DNA of 64,000 nucleotides from Chiloscyllium plagiosum (lineage: Eukaryota): the NCBI RefSeq assembly GCF_004010195.1, contig NC_057720.1, positions 12,944,932 to 13,008,931 of the forward strand, written 5' to 3'. The notes beneath the pieces were generated by a model, which saw only the letters and a program-made list of their open reading frames with translations, ran no database searches and was not told the origin of the DNA. Below are positions 1 to 13,510 of the stretch, one piece after another; the stretch's first letter is position 1; the number at the start of each line of letters is the position of its first letter. The translations under genes were made by a program, and so were the position numbers.

Positions 1-745
1 GGTAAGTGTGAGGTGATTCACTTTGGTAAGAGTAATAAAAAGATGGGGTACTGGGCTAATGGTCGGGTACTTGGTAGTGTGGATGAGCAGAGGGATCTTG
101 GTGTCCATGTACACAAATTTTTGAAAGTTGCCACCCAGGTAAATAGTGTGGTGAAGAAGGCATATGGCGTACTGGCTTTTATTGGTAGAGGAATTGAGTT
201 CCGGAGTACTGAGGTCATGTTGCAGTTGTATAAGACTCTGGTGCGGCCGCATCTGGAGTATTGTGTGCAGTTTTGGTCGCCATACTATTGGAAGGATGTG
301 GAGGCACTGGAACGGGTTCAGAGGAGGTTTACCAGGATGTTGCTTGGTATGGTAGAAAGATCGTATGAGGAAAGGCTGAGGCACTTGGGGTTGTTTTCAT
401 TGGAGAAAAGAAGGTTTAGGGGTGACTTGATAGAGGTGTACAAGATGATTAAGGGTTTAGATAGGGTTGACCATGAGAATCTTTTTCCACGTATGGAGTC
501 CGCTATTACAAGGGGGCATAGCTTTAAACTAAGGGGTGGTAGGTATAGGACAGATGTTAGGAGTAGATTCTTTACTCAGCGAGTCATGGAATGCCCTGCC
601 ACTTCATTATGGGCATTTAAACGTGCATTGGATAGGCATATGGAGGATAGTGGGCTAGTGTAGGTTAGGTGGGCTTGGATCGGCGCAACATCGAGGGCCA
701 AAGGGCCTGTACTGCGCTGTATTCTTCTATGTTCTATGTTCTATG
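1..745 (+). mobile_element. CR1 LINE 3' end (RT C-terminal region and tail)
   Basis: ORF 13-663 with LYKTLVRPHLEYCVQFWSP, LERVQRRFTRM and TRGH motifs; (TTCTATG)n tail. Confidence 0.93.
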
Positions 746-2264
746 TGAGTGGTATACTAGTCAGATGGTCTTCTTTGTCCTGAATGAGCTCCTTGCATGT
801 CATTGGAGCTACACTCACCCAGGCCAGTGGCAACTATACCATTACACTTCTAAATTGTGCCTCATAAATAATGGACAGGCTTTCAGAAGTGAGGAGGTAT
901 GTTACTTGCTGCAGAATTGCCAGACTCTGACTTGGTCTTGTAGCCACAGTATTTGTATTGTTTGCCGAGTTCAAATCATGAGTGGTAATTCCTAGCATGT
1001 TGATGGCGAGATTGTAGGGGGAGAACTCAGCAGTTTTAAAAGAGATTTGGTTACATTCCCCTTTGTTGGAGACGGTCATTGGCAGGCACTTGTGGGACAT
1101 CACATTAGATTGGACTGGAACAGCAGGGCCTACCACCTCAGTCACAGGCAAGTGGATGAAGACCCAACCTTTGAGACATACAGGGAAGGAAGGCACCAAA
1201 GTTGCAGCTGATGTTGTAACTATAGCTTCCTGATTCATTCAAATTCTGCACATAGATCAAGTACAAACACAGTAATGTCACCATAGACCCAGAGGACCAT
1301 CAGGCTACTCTTTCATTAGAGGGGGATGACCCATTGCAGATAGATTCACAATGAAAGCAGTTCATAGAATTTCAAGGCACCTTTCTTCAACAAAGATACT
1401 CTGAAATATATAAATGTAAGAAGTGGCATGAGAAAAATCTGAAAAACAGAAATAAATCCTGTGGAGTGTCTCTGCTCCAGGTGTGGATATTAGTGTTGAT
1501 TACAAAACGCTGTGAAAGCAGTTATACTATTTCAGATTTTGCACAAGAACATATTTCTCGATCCGGACAACAAAAACAAAATAACTCCGGCTGCTGGAGA
1601 TCTGAAACAAAAACAGAAATTGCTGGAAAATCTCAGCAGTTTTGGCAGAATCTATGGAGAGGAATCAGTTAATGTTTCAGGTCCAGTTCTGAAGAGGAAG
1701 TTCCAACTTCTCTGAGATATCTTCTTGAGGTCTCTGCCCATAGGCAGACCTCACCCATAGTGCCATGATCTTCAACACAGACTGGAGACACGTCCCAAAT
1801 CTATTCAAAGTCTTAGAATTACAATGGACTTAAAAGGTTAACACAGTCTTTCTCTCTCCACAGAATGGTGCCAGACCTTCTGAGCTTCTCAAGCACTTCC
1901 TGTGTTTGTTTCTGTTCTTGCTCAATACTGTTTCTGTTTGTGCAAGATTCATACATTGCCCAATTATTCATATGGCAACCTTGAGTGTTTTATTTAGACT
2001 GTGCTGAACGGGAGCCATCTCCAGTGACCTTCTGGTAACAACAGCATAGATAAACACTTAGAGTTTAAGTTTTTTGCAGGAAGCAAGGATTAATCTTTAG
2101 TTTTGTGGCACATTTGTAAGATAGTTTCGAATAACTAGATTTTATTCACAATTATGCTCATTATTCCATCAAATATTCATCTACCTTATAAGTTCCTGAA
2201 AACATGACACACTGTTCCCTCCTTTACATATCCCTATGGAGAATACAAGACTACCTGCTCTATA

Positions 2265-2466
2265 GTTAAAAATCACACAGCTCCAGGTTATAGTCTGATG
2301 GTTAATTTGGAAGTACTAGCTTTTGGAGTGTCGTTACTTCATCAGGTGATTGTGGAGGATAACTCTGAAAGTTAGTGCTTCCAAATAAACCTGTTGGACT
2401 ACAACCTGATGTTGTGTGATTTTTAACTTTGTTCACCCCAATCCAACACTGGCACCTCAAAGTCAT
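2265..2466. mobile_element. Short palindromic element, probably Penelope-derived, with a hammerhead-like core
   Basis: Inverted arms; flanking 11-bp direct repeat TGCTCTATAGT at 2256-2266 and 2466-2476; same family as 60253-60463. Confidence 0.75.
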
Positions 2467-3312
2467 GCTCTATAGTGGGAATTCTTTAACTCGACTTTGT
2501 TAACTTGGTCTTAGAATACACAAGATTTTAAAACTCTAGCTTCATATGACCCGATCCCTACTTTCTGTACAATCTTGTACTGTACTTTATCACTTAACCT
2601 TGGATATGGGCTTTTCTCAACAAAAAAACTTGATATATTTTGAAACATAATGTCATATTATACAGAAGTTGAATTCAGCCAGCAAGTCTCAAAGCATATT
2701 TACCTACATTTTCTCACAGTTTCTACTTTACCCTCATTTTCTTCCATAGCAGACTAATTTTACAATTTCCTTTCTTTCCGTGACATCTCTGTTCTAAAAC
2801 ATGTTTTTCTTAGCTACCTGCTGACAGATGTTATGCAACTGTATTCCTGTTCCGTAAAGTTTACACACACAGGAACCATAAGATCTTCCCTTGCTATGTC
2901 GACAGGACAGTTCCCCTATAGTTACTGCAGCTTGACTCTTCCTATTATCAGCTTGAGTTGCACAGATGTGGTTTACCGCAGCTCCAAGAGAGACTTGCCA
3001 ATCACAGCTTCCTTTTCCTTGAGTACTTCTTCCCTTTCTTCATTCAAACGTTGCCTAGAACTGTGAGGGTTTCAGTACCTGCTATCTCTACTTGCCCATG
3101 TGTGGTCAGTTTGCATTAACTGGAAAGAGCTTCCCCTCCACGAGCAATAAAAGCCCCATATCAGTGACTCGTTGCTTTAATGGCCTCTTCCCAGGAGCAA
3201 ACTAAAGCCCAGAAAACAAAATCACAACCCCTTACCCCCTCCCCTGCATAGCCAACCATGGTTTCCACCAGGTGGCAGGAGTGTTTTTACAAATATCAAC
3301 TAGCTGGTCTTC

Positions 3313-3843
3313 TGTAGTGAGTATAAGAGGGTCAGCCAGCTGCACCTCATAGAATACGAGTTCCCTGATTTGGGCTCTTTATCTGGTCCAAACAGGGAGC
3401 CCTGGCTGACAACTAAAGATGATCTGTGTCACTTCTGATGAAGAGTCACATAAACACGAAACGTTAGCTTGCTCTCTCTCCATGGATACTGTCTGACCAA
3501 TGTGATCTCCAGCATTTGTGGTTTTCAGTACAGATTCCAGCTAATGCAGTAATTTGCTCCTACATTTTGTGTAGACAGGCAGGAGACTGGAAGAACACAG
3601 CAGGCTAGGCAACATCAGGAGATGCATAACTCGACATTTTGGGTATAACCTTCTTCAGGACTGGGGGTGGATGTAGGGGGGAGTTACAGATAAAGGGCGT
3701 GGTAGGGGCAGGATGGTGAGTGTCAGAGATACTGACACTTTGATGCTTGACTCTGAATGAGGCAAGTACTATTTCAAGGACTGTTCATGTGTAAATAACC
3801 AGTGACTTGTTGACAATATACCAGTCTCTGTGGTGTTATTTTA
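3313..3843 (+). mobile_element. Probable solo LTR interrupted by Penelope-derived fragments (about 3420-3720)
   Basis: TGTAGTGAG start, CCAAT-like and TATA-like and poly(A)-like motifs; no TSD found. Confidence 0.4.
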
Positions 3844-5062
3844 TCCTCGACCTAAATAAGCAGCCAATAATTAACCATCAGGCAACGTTAACAATCTCAT
3901 TGATTCCTGTCACCTCCTGAAGCAATTTCCAGGATGGACCTGGGACTTGCAGCAGCCTTCCCTCCCGTTTCCTGTGGGAGGCACCACAAAACAGATCATT
4001 GCGGGATGCTAATTGAAGTTTCCCCATACCAGTGGACGGATTGTGTTTTACCACGGGCACAATTAACAGGCCACTTCTAAACATCTGCTGCAGGATTCGA
4101 TCTTTATCTAAGTGAAGTCAAGAGGATGCATTTAAAAAAACTTTCCAACCTTGTCACAAGAATATGTGAGGGCCTCCCGGGATCAGGGCTTAAGGTGTCA
4201 GCTGATTCAGTGTTGGAAACGGGTGATATTCCACTCCCATAAATGAAGCCAACACTGGGCATGTGCCATTTAAGTGGAAGCATGAACCAATATTCTTCAG
4301 ACTGCCTACTCTGGGATAGCTATTTGTCCACGCTGAAAGATTTGTGTTATTTTGGGCAAAAGTTGAAGATTCTCCTCAGTATCTTAAATCACAGAATCAA
4401 TATCCTAAAATTTACCACAACTTCCACTGGAGAATTCCCAAATAGTGGTAATGTCCCTAATGCAGTAATCCCATTTTATGATAATTACTGGATCTAAGTT
4501 CTAAATACTGAAGCTTTAATTCAATACTAGTGATGCAGAAAGGAATTGAAATGTAATTTATTGCAAGGGAATGGCATATGAAAACATGGATATTTAGCTA
4601 TGATTGTTCAGTGTGTTATTGAAACCACATCCACAGGACTCTGCACAATTTTGGCCACCTTACTTAAGAAAGAATATATTTGCATTAGAAGCAATTCAAA
4701 GAAGATTCACTTGACTGATTCCTGGGATGAGGGGATTATTTTATAAGTGTGAGACTGAACAGGCTGGGTCAACCATTTGGAGCCCAGAAGATTGAGAGGA
4801 CCCATAAAATCCTCAGTGGACATCAGGATCAACGCTGAAAGGATGTTTCCTCTTGTTGCCCCATTTAAACTGGAGATTTTTTTTCTCTCGGAGCATCATG
4901 AATCTGCACAATTCTCTTCCTCAGGTTGGTGAAGGTGGAGCCATTGGATATTTTTAAGGCAGAGGTAGATTGACATGAACAGGAGATTCAAAGCACATTG
5001 TGGTTAAGGAGAATGGTACAGTTGAGGTCATAATTAGATCAATCATAATCCTGTAGAGATAC

Positions 5063-5364
5063 ACGGTGGCTCAGTGGTTAGCACTGCTGCCTCCCAGCAG
5101 GGTCCCAGGTTCGATTCCAGCCTTGGGCGACTGTCTGTGTGGAATTTTCACATTCTCTCCATGTCTGTGTGGATTTTCTCCGGTTTCCTCACACAGTTGA
5201 AAGATGTGCAGGTCAGATGAATTGGCCATGCTAAATTACCCCATAATGTTCAGCGATTAGTCGGAGGGAAATGGGACTGGGTGGGTCACTCTTTGGAGGG
5301 TCGGTGTGGACTTGTTGGGCCAAAGGGCCTGTTTCCACACTGTAGGGAATCTAATCTAATCTAA
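5063..5364 (+). mobile_element. tRNA-derived V-SINE (HE1-like)
   Basis: A box GGTGGCTCAGTGG, B box GGTTCGATTCC, V-domain-like core, (AATCT)n tail. Confidence 0.85.
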
Positions 5365-5849
5365 AAAAATGTAATTTAATTAACCCCTTGAAATATACTG
5401 CGATGTAAGTGTGAACTCAGTAGTTATTTGATGGGACTCTACTAGAAGGTTGGAGCTCTGCAAATTTACCATAATGTACCTGAAATAATTCTAAAACAAT
5501 GCTCATATTGAATAGCTGAGCATTCCTGAGAAGCCAAGTGGCCTACTCATGCTCCTAATTCATATGTTTTAGACAATGATGAAACTTGCTCCCAACACTG
5601 TTGATAGGACAAGGCCTGGAACTACATTATTACACACAATTGCATTTGGATTTCAACCCCTCGTCTGTAGATAGAAATTTTAACATTAAAACAACATAAA
5701 AAGAGAGAATGTGACCTCAGACAGTGACTTTAAAAGAGTTATCAATTAGTCCCAAACCCCCTGCACTTTGTCCATAATCCCAAACTTTTAACCTTCAGTA
5801 AGACTTGTCACAATAGAATAATTGAAGAAATTAGAAAGGTATAAGCATA

Positions 5850-7010
5850 AACACTGGAACATAGGAACTGTGAGTGGGAGTAGACAATTCAACCCTCAGG
5901 CCCATTTCCCCATATAACATAACCATGGGTGTTCTTATCCCAGTCTCAACTCCACTTTCCTGTCTGATCCTCTTAGTCCTTTACCCTGGTTTTCATCAGA
6001 AACATATCTATTTCTTTCTTGATTCTGTTGAATGAATCTGCCTCTACTGCACTCTGGGGCAGTGAGTTCACAGATTCACAACCCTCTGAGAGAAATAGTT
6101 TCTCCTGAACTCAGTTCTGAACCTACCTCCTTTCACTCTATATCTATGACCACTCATACCAGACTGCCCCACAAGGGGGGATCATTTGTTCAGCATCTAT
6201 CTTACAATCCCCTTTAGCATTTTATTTATATCTTATTCAGTCATGGGATTGATATCGCTGACTAGGCCAGCATTTATTGCCCATATGTAATTACCCAGAG
6301 GGCAGTTAAAAGTAAACCAGGTTGCTGTGGGTCACATTTAGGCCGGACCAGGTAAGGATAACAGTTTTCTTTGCTAAAGGACATTAATGAACCAGATGAG
6401 ATTTCCAACAATCAACAATTGATTCGTGGTCATCATTAGACTCCTAATTCCAGGTTTTTTTGTTGAATTCAAATTCCACCATCTGCCAGGGCAGTAATTG
6501 AACCCGGGTCACCAGAATATTAATTGGGTCACTGGATTAACAGTCCAGCAATGATAGCACTAGCCTATTGCCTCCCCCGAGGCAGCAATTGTATACCTCA
6601 ATCAGATTCCCTCCTCATTCTTCTGAACTCCAGTGAGTACAAGCCCAAACTATTTAACTGCTCCGTGTTTGACAGAACTGACATTCCTGGGATCAACTTG
6701 GCAAACCTCCTCTGAACTGCCTCTGGTGCCATCACATCCTTCCTCAAGTAAAGAGACCTAAACTGGACACAATATTCCAGATGTGGTCTCACCAACACCT
6801 TATAGAATTATAAGAATATGTCTTTACTTTTATAATCCAGTCCTTTTGCAATAATACCAGGATTCCCTATGCCTTTCTTTTTATATGCTGCACCTGCAAA
6901 CCCACTTTCTGCAATGCATGCACAAAGACTCCCAGATCCCTCTGCACTGACGCACTTTGAATCTAATTCCCATTTAAGTAATAATTTGCCTTTTATTTTT
7001 GACCTTCTAA
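5850..7010 (-). mobile_element. Degenerate CR1 3' region interrupted by a second SINE family copy (about 6235-6580)
   Basis: Minus ORF MLVRPHLEYCVQF; the SINE-like block recurs at about 19620-19960 and 38775-39075. Confidence 0.75.
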
Positions 7011-7140
7011 AATAAAGCAAATGTTTTCAAAGGATTAATTTATATTTGTAGATTTTTTTTAGAAAAAGGTATAGAAGTGTGTGTTTATGTTTTGTGGTAA
7101 TTGGTAGGATTTCTGTTGTGGAACTCCATTTCTCCTTTTA

Positions 7141-7475
7141 CCAGGATAGTAGTGGGAAGTTGCGTGTGGAGGCTGAAGAGATTGGGGAGACACTGAATGA
7201 ATACTTTTCGTCAGTATTCACTCAGGAACAGGATATTGTTGCCGATGTGAATACTGAGTCACAATTAATTAGACTGGACAGCTTTGAGGTATGTAGGGAA
7301 GAGGTGTTAGAAATTCTGGAAAGGGTGAAAATAGATAAGTCCCCTGGGCCTGATGGCATTTATCCTAGGATTCTCTGGGAAGCAAGGAGGAGATTGCAGA
7401 GCCATTGGCCTTGATTTTTATGTCCTCGTTGTCTACAGGAATAGTGCCAGTAGACTGGAGGATAGCAAATGTGGT
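7141..7475 (+). mobile_element. Internal CR1 ORF2 fragment
   Basis: ETLNEYFSSVFT and DKSPGPDGIYPRIL motifs. Confidence 0.88.
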
Positions 7476-7726
7476 TCAAGAGGTTTCTGTGTGTGGAAAA
7501 AATGGCTTTGGGGGTTTTGCAAAAAGTGGTTAAGGCCAAGCTGCTGGAATTAGCAGGCAATTTGGAGTTGAAGCTGACCTCTTCCCTGAGGAAAGGTGAG
7601 TTAATTATAGCAATAATCCAGCAATTACATTTGCTGGAAGCGTCACCAGAATTTTTAGAGACGGCCAAAATTCAACTAAAAATAAAGCAACTTGAAAAAG
7701 AGGAAAACAGTAATGAATTACCCTAA
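7476..7726 (+). mobile_element. Possible Gypsy-type gag N-terminal remnant
   Basis: ORF VLQKVVKAKLLELAGNLELKL..KGELIIAIIQQL..IQLKIKQLE, a helical or coiled-coil peptide resembling fish and shark Gypsy gag starts (pattern recognition only). Confidence 0.45.
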
Positions 7727-7779
7727 AATGAAAAGTTCAGAAATGGACTGAGGAGATTTGGGAGGGGAAACGAAAAAAA

Positions 7780-8650
7780 CTTGGGGGGAAGGGTTATGGA
7801 AAACCCAAAGGCGTTCTAAGCATACATGGGGAATAACAGAATGACCAGACAGAGGGTAGGGTTGAACAAGGATAGTGGAGAGAACTTGCGCCTGGAGATT
7901 GAAAAGTTAGGGCAGGTGTTAAATGAGGTTTTTGTTTTGCTTCAGTATTCACTCGACAGAGTGAGACCACCATGGACCAGTTTAATAGGCTTGAACAGGT
8001 TAATGTTAATTAACTCGATATGTTGGATTTTTTTGGAAGCAACAAGGCAGATAAGTCCCCAGGACAGGACCAAAGGTACTAAGGAAAGCAAATAATGAGA
8101 ATGTTGCACTTCTGGCGATGATCTTTGTATCCTCACTCTCCACGGGCGTAGTACTAGATGACCGAGGGAAGGCGGATGTTATTTTTCTGTCCAAGAAAGC
8201 GAATACGAAAGTCCCCGGTAATTACAGACCAGTCAGTCGCACTTCTGCGATAAGCAATGTAAAGGAAAGGGTCCTGAGGGATGGAATTTATGACTATTGG
8301 GAAAAAGATAGTTTTATTAAAGATAGTAAGCATGGCTTTGCGAGGGGTAGTTCATGCCTCACAAGCCTTATTGAGTTCTTACAAGGGGGCATAGCTTTAA
8401 ATTAAGGGGGGGGGGGTAGGTATAGGACAGATGGTACGGGTATGTTCTTTACTCAGCGAGTCGTGAGTTCATGGAATGCTCTGCCAGTAGCAGTGGTGGA
8501 CTCTCCCTCATTATGGGCATTTAAGCGGGCATTGGATAGGCATATGGAGGATAGTGGGCTAGTGTAGGTTAGGTGGGCTTGGATCGGTGCAACATCGAGG
8601 GCCAAAGGGCCTGTACTGCGATGTATATTTCTATGTTCTATGTTCTATGT
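7780..8650 (+). mobile_element. CR1 ORF2 fragments joined to a young CR1 3' end
   Basis: PGNYRPVS and HGF..SCLTSLIEF motifs; 8380-8650 is nearly identical to 505-745. Confidence 0.88.
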
Positions 8651-10490
8651 ATGTTCACTACTGTAAAGGTGGATGTTGAAAGCACAAGCTGTCCATGATG
8701 TTCGGGGCTGTGTAGTTTAGGTGCATTAGTCAGTGGTAAATGTAGGATAACAGGGGAGGGGAATGGGTCTGGTTGGGTTACTCTTCGGAGGGTCGGTGTG
8801 GACTTGTTAAGTCAAATAGCCTGTTTCCACACTTTAGAGATTCAATGATTCTATGATGAAGTTGGTACACATGGATTTTCAGTTTGCTGTTAGTTCTCCT
8901 GTAACACACGTGTTAAAAGCTGCCACTTTAACTTCAGTCATAGGATCTGCCGTTCTTTATGTGGCTCAGTGTCAATTTCTGCTTTACTATCATTCTTTAA
9001 CTATTTTACCATATCGTACAATCAGCTGAATTGATTGTCACCCTATCTAACACCATCAACATTTACTCCCTTCACCGTCAGTGCAGAGTGGCAGCAGTGT
9101 GTATCATTTGCAAAATGCACAGCAGCAACTCACTCAGGCTCTTAAGAGACCACCTTCCAAACCAAGAAGGACAAGAGCAGCAGATGCACGGGATCACTAC
9201 GATCTGCAAATTTCTTCCAAGTGATACACCTTTCTGACTTCAAACTAATCACTATTCCTTCACTGTCCATAAGACCATAAAGTATAAGGGAAGAATTAGT
9301 CAATTTGACCCATCTGGTCTCTCCTGCATGGTTGATCATGGTTTATGTGTTTCTTAACCCATTCTCCTGCCTTTTCCCATAACCTTTGATCCCTTTATCA
9401 ATCAAGAACCTATCAGTCTCTGTCTCTGGATCAAAATCCAGGATCCATCTTCCTAAAAGCATTGTGGGTGCATCTGCTCCCTGTGGACTGCAATCGATCA
9501 ATACGTCAGCTCACTACCATTTTCTCAAATGAAATTAGACCAGAAAATAATAAAATGTAGGAACAGAGGCAGGCTATTCAGCCCATCAAGTTTGCAGTGT
9601 TATTCAGTGAGATCATGGCTAAATTGATAATCCTTAATTCTACTTTCCTGCATTTTCCCTATAATTTTGATTCACTTACAGATTAAAAATGTCAATCTCA
9701 GCCTTGAATATAGTGAACAACTCAGCTTCTAACCCCTTGGAAGTGAGGAATTCTACAGACACACGTCCCTCTGAGAGAAGAAATACCTCCTCATCTTTGC
9801 CCTAACCAGGCAGCCCCTTACTCTGAAGTAATGAATCTGGTCCCAGATTCTGCAAAAACATCTTAGCGTTGTGACAATACAATGGTTTTAAGAGGTGTAT
9901 GTTGTCCTGTTTTTTCTTTATTGAAGAAACGTTTCAAGGCAGAGGTACAGGGCAGTCTAATGAAAACCTGTAAACAGTTTGTGGGGTAGTTGAAGTGATT
10001 TTTTTTAAGTTGGAATAATAGAAGCAGCCTGAAAGGGTGGAGTCAAGCTCCCACAGAACCAGGATTTTTCATTTTAGTTTTCAGCAGTTGTTGCTGGGGT
10101 CTTGAAGAAGTGGAAGCTTATTCATCAACCTTGTTAAAATCCCTAAGAATCTTTTATGTTTTAAAAAGGTTGCTTTAGATAAAGGGACCAAAATTTGGAC
10201 TGAGTATTCCATGTATATCTTGCACACTCTTAGCAAAATCTCCTATTTTTATATTCCATTATCTATGAAATAAATGTCAACATTCTATTTGTCTTCCCTA
10301 TTATCTGCTGAACTTGGATGCTAACTTTTTGTGAATCATGCATAAAGGTCATCAAATCTATCTGTTCTGCAGCTTTCTGCAGTCTTTCTCCATTCAAATA
10401 AAATTCAGCTCTTCTATTCTTCCTGCCAAAATGCATAACCTCATCTCCTCCCACCTTTCATTTCAGTTGCCCAGTTTTGCCCACTCATAT

Positions 10491-11087
10491 TGAGGATCTA
10501 AATTCTGGACTTAGTCTGTTGTCAGGAGCAACCATTTAATGCATGCTTTTACTAACTACAAAATGGCTTCTTAATGCAAGTAACAAAAAATAACATAACA
10601 AAATGGCTTCTAGGAGCAATGGCATCTAACTCTGCTGAAAACTGCATTCCTGAACTAATGAATGAGATTAGCAAACAATCCCCTGTTCATAGTATGAATT
10701 AACTAAGTAAGATGTGACATTATTAAAATATCGTAAATTGACCTTGGAAACCAGGTGTCCCGGAGATAAAGAAGCACAAAACAAGCCAGTTCCTAGGAAA
10801 TATCATTGGCTTAATTTTATGTCTATTTTTCATATCATTTCATTTTACTGGATTAATTTTGCAATTAAGGCTGTTCTGTTTGTTAAGAGACCTGTAAAAG
10901 TTGTCTGTGTTTTAAGATTGTGCGCAGCTTTTCTAGAGTACACAGACGTGCATAACCCCTGCATTGCTGGATAAACTATGCCCGGTATCATAATAAATTA
11001 TTAAAACTTGCTAAAAGAGACTGAGCTGCTAATGTTTATTTGACCGATCGTGGAACCGAGTGCCCTTCTTGGGGATCCAGATTTACA
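10491..11087 (+). mobile_element. Solo LTR, 597 bp, inserted into a minus-strand CR1
   Basis: TG...CA termini, perfect 4-bp TSD ATAT (10487-10490 and 11088-11091), AATAAA at 10992; CR1 sequence resumes on both sides. Confidence 0.75.
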
Positions 11088-12339
11088 ATATAACTTGTCT
11101 ACAATACAGCGCAGAACAGGTCCTTCGGCCCTCGATGTCTATATCCCTCTATGGACTCTGTGTCATCCTTACCACTTGCCTTCCCACCTATTTTTGAGTC
11201 ATCCACAAACTTGGCGATAGTATGTTTATATTTCCCTCACCTCATAGCTTCCCTCGCTTTACTCACAGCCTCCCTCACTCCCATTACAGCCTTCCTCTCT
11301 CCCCTCACGGCCTCCTTCTCTTCCCTCACAGACTACCTCAGTTCCCTTGCAGTCCCTCCCACAGTTTGAAACTTCTCCCTGCTCCAATCTTCCAACTTCC
11401 TTCCCTTCCTTCCTTCCCCTCTTGCAACTTCCTTCCCTCTTGAAACCTCCAACACCCCGCTGCCCCTTTGAAGCCTCCTTTTCCTCTATTATTGCAGCTG
11501 CCACTACACTACATGAAGACAGCACAATCCTGGCAAACAGAAATCTCAGTAGACGACCAGCCTTGGCCAGAAGAAATGACAGCTCTGGCCAATAATCCCT
11601 ATCTGCAAAAGTACAACATACCCCTAACCTACCCAGCACCCAAGAAAAGGTATCTTCACCCCATTGCCCAGCTTGCAGGACATTAGGCCCTGACAAAGTC
11701 TAGCATTGCCAAACGAATCCATGGCGACTGGCTAAATGATACCATGTATTTTATAAACCTTTGTTGCTCCTCATGAAACTACTGGTCCTATTAACAGCAA
11801 GTGGGAGTGAAAGACAAACAGAGAATACTGGAGAAATTCAGGTCTGGTAGCATCTGTGGTGATAGAAACAGAGTTAACATTTTGAGTCTGATATAATTTG
11901 ATATGAGCTGATTTCCAGCATCTGCTGTAGTTTGTTTTTATTCAAGGGAGAGAAACATACTGTGATTTGAGGAGATACTCTGTCTCTCCCATCTATGGGA
12001 TGCCTTTTCTCTGAAAGGCTGCTCTCGTGATGGCATTTTTGTGGATATGCAGGGGGGTTTTGGGTTCAATTAGTCCACTGTATTTTGAGCACCACTGGAG
12101 AGAAACAGAAGGACCTGCATTGGGTGAGACATGGATACTGTGGTATACAGCACAGAAAGGGCCAGTCAGCCCATTGCAACCAGTTAGCCCCACTCCTCCG
12201 CTCAATCCCCGTAATTGTGCACAGGTTTCACCATCTGATTACTTCTTGAAATCAATGATTGTTTCTGTTTCTGTGCACAGATAACGTTGGGAACCATGAA
12301 TGTTTAGAAGACTGAAGAATGCCATCTGGCTCATTATTA

Positions 12340-13510
12340 GAGACAAAAAACCTGCAGATGCTGGAATCCAAAATAGACAGCAGGAGGCTGGAAAAACACA
12401 GCAAGCCAGGTTGGTAGTGAAGTCAACGTTTTGGGTGTAAACCTTCTTCAGGACTGAGGTGAGTGAGGGGGGGAGCTGCAGATAAAGGGGGAGGTGGGGC
12501 AGGGTGGTGAAGTGGGGATAGGTGAAGACAGGTAAAGGGTACCACCTCGTTGGTCAATGGGAGGAATGAATCCAGTTGGTGGCAGGGAGCAGTGGAAGGG
12601 AGGGAGAGGGGCTGGGAAGGAAGTGTGGGGATGGAGAGGGAGATTATTTGAAACTGGAGAACTCAATGTTGAGTCCTCCAGGTTCCAGGCGGAAGATGAG
12701 GTGTTATCCCTCCAATTTGTGTTGTGGTTCATTATGGCATTGGAGGAGGCCAAGGATGGTCATGTCGGAAAAGGAGTGGTTGGGGAAATGGAAATGGGCG
12801 GTCACAGAGAGGTCCGCTTGGCCCCTGCAGACCTGGCTGCAATGCTTGTTGAGCCTTTTCCTCAGTTTACGTTCGGTCTTCCTGATATAGAGAAGACCAC
12901 ATCGGGAGCACCTAATGCAGTAAACTAGGTTGGAAGAGAGGCAGGTGAACCTCTGTCTCACCTGGAAGGACTGTTTGGGGGTGGGGGCAGTGTACCAGCA
13001 GGTTTTGCATCTTTTCCAGTTGCAGGAGAAGGTACCTGGGGGTCTGGGGTAGTCGGTGGGGAGAGTGGCACAAATGAAGGAATGTCGAAGGGAACAGTCC
13101 TTGCAGAAGGCAGAGAGGGGTGGGAAGGGGACGATGTTTTTGGTGGTGGAATCTAGTTGGAGTTGGTGGAAGTGTTTAAGGATAATGCATTGGATGCGGA
13201 GACTTGTGGAGTGGTAGGTGAGGACAAGGGGGCTCTGTCTTTATTGAATTGGGGGAGTTTAGAGCAATGGAACGGGAAATAGAGGTGGTGTGGCAAAGGG
13301 CTATCTGAATGATGGAGGGAGGAAAAGCACATTGTTCAAAATAGGTGGACATCTGGGATGCTCGTGAGTGGAATGTCTCCTTTTCTGAGGAAATATGGCA
13401 GAGGCAGAGGAATTGGGAGAATGGGATGGAGTTCTTGCAGGATACTGGGTGGGAGGAGGTGTAGACCAGGTAGTTATGGAAGTCTGTAGTTTTTTAATGA
13501 ACATCCGTCT
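12340..13510 (-). mobile_element. Penelope-like element, RT C-terminus and GIY-YIG endonuclease
   Basis: Minus ORF 12704-12961 FTCLSSNLVYCIRCSRCGLLYIRKTERKLRKRLNKH..VTAHF. Confidence 0.85.

Noticed and set aside
1380..1460. Two acceptor-like motifs on the minus strand
   Set aside because: No convincing donor or recognisable reading frame downstream
2975..3054. Minus-strand exon-like piece QRLNEEREEVLKEKEAVIGKSLLELR between AG and GT
   Set aside because: Poor polypyrimidine tract, no partner exons found, and no recognisable match to neighbours expected from human synteny (CLCA, ODF2L)
5063..5135. tRNA-like A and B boxes (also at 14226, 59429 and 62746)
   Set aside because: These are SINE heads followed by a V-domain and tail, not tRNA genes
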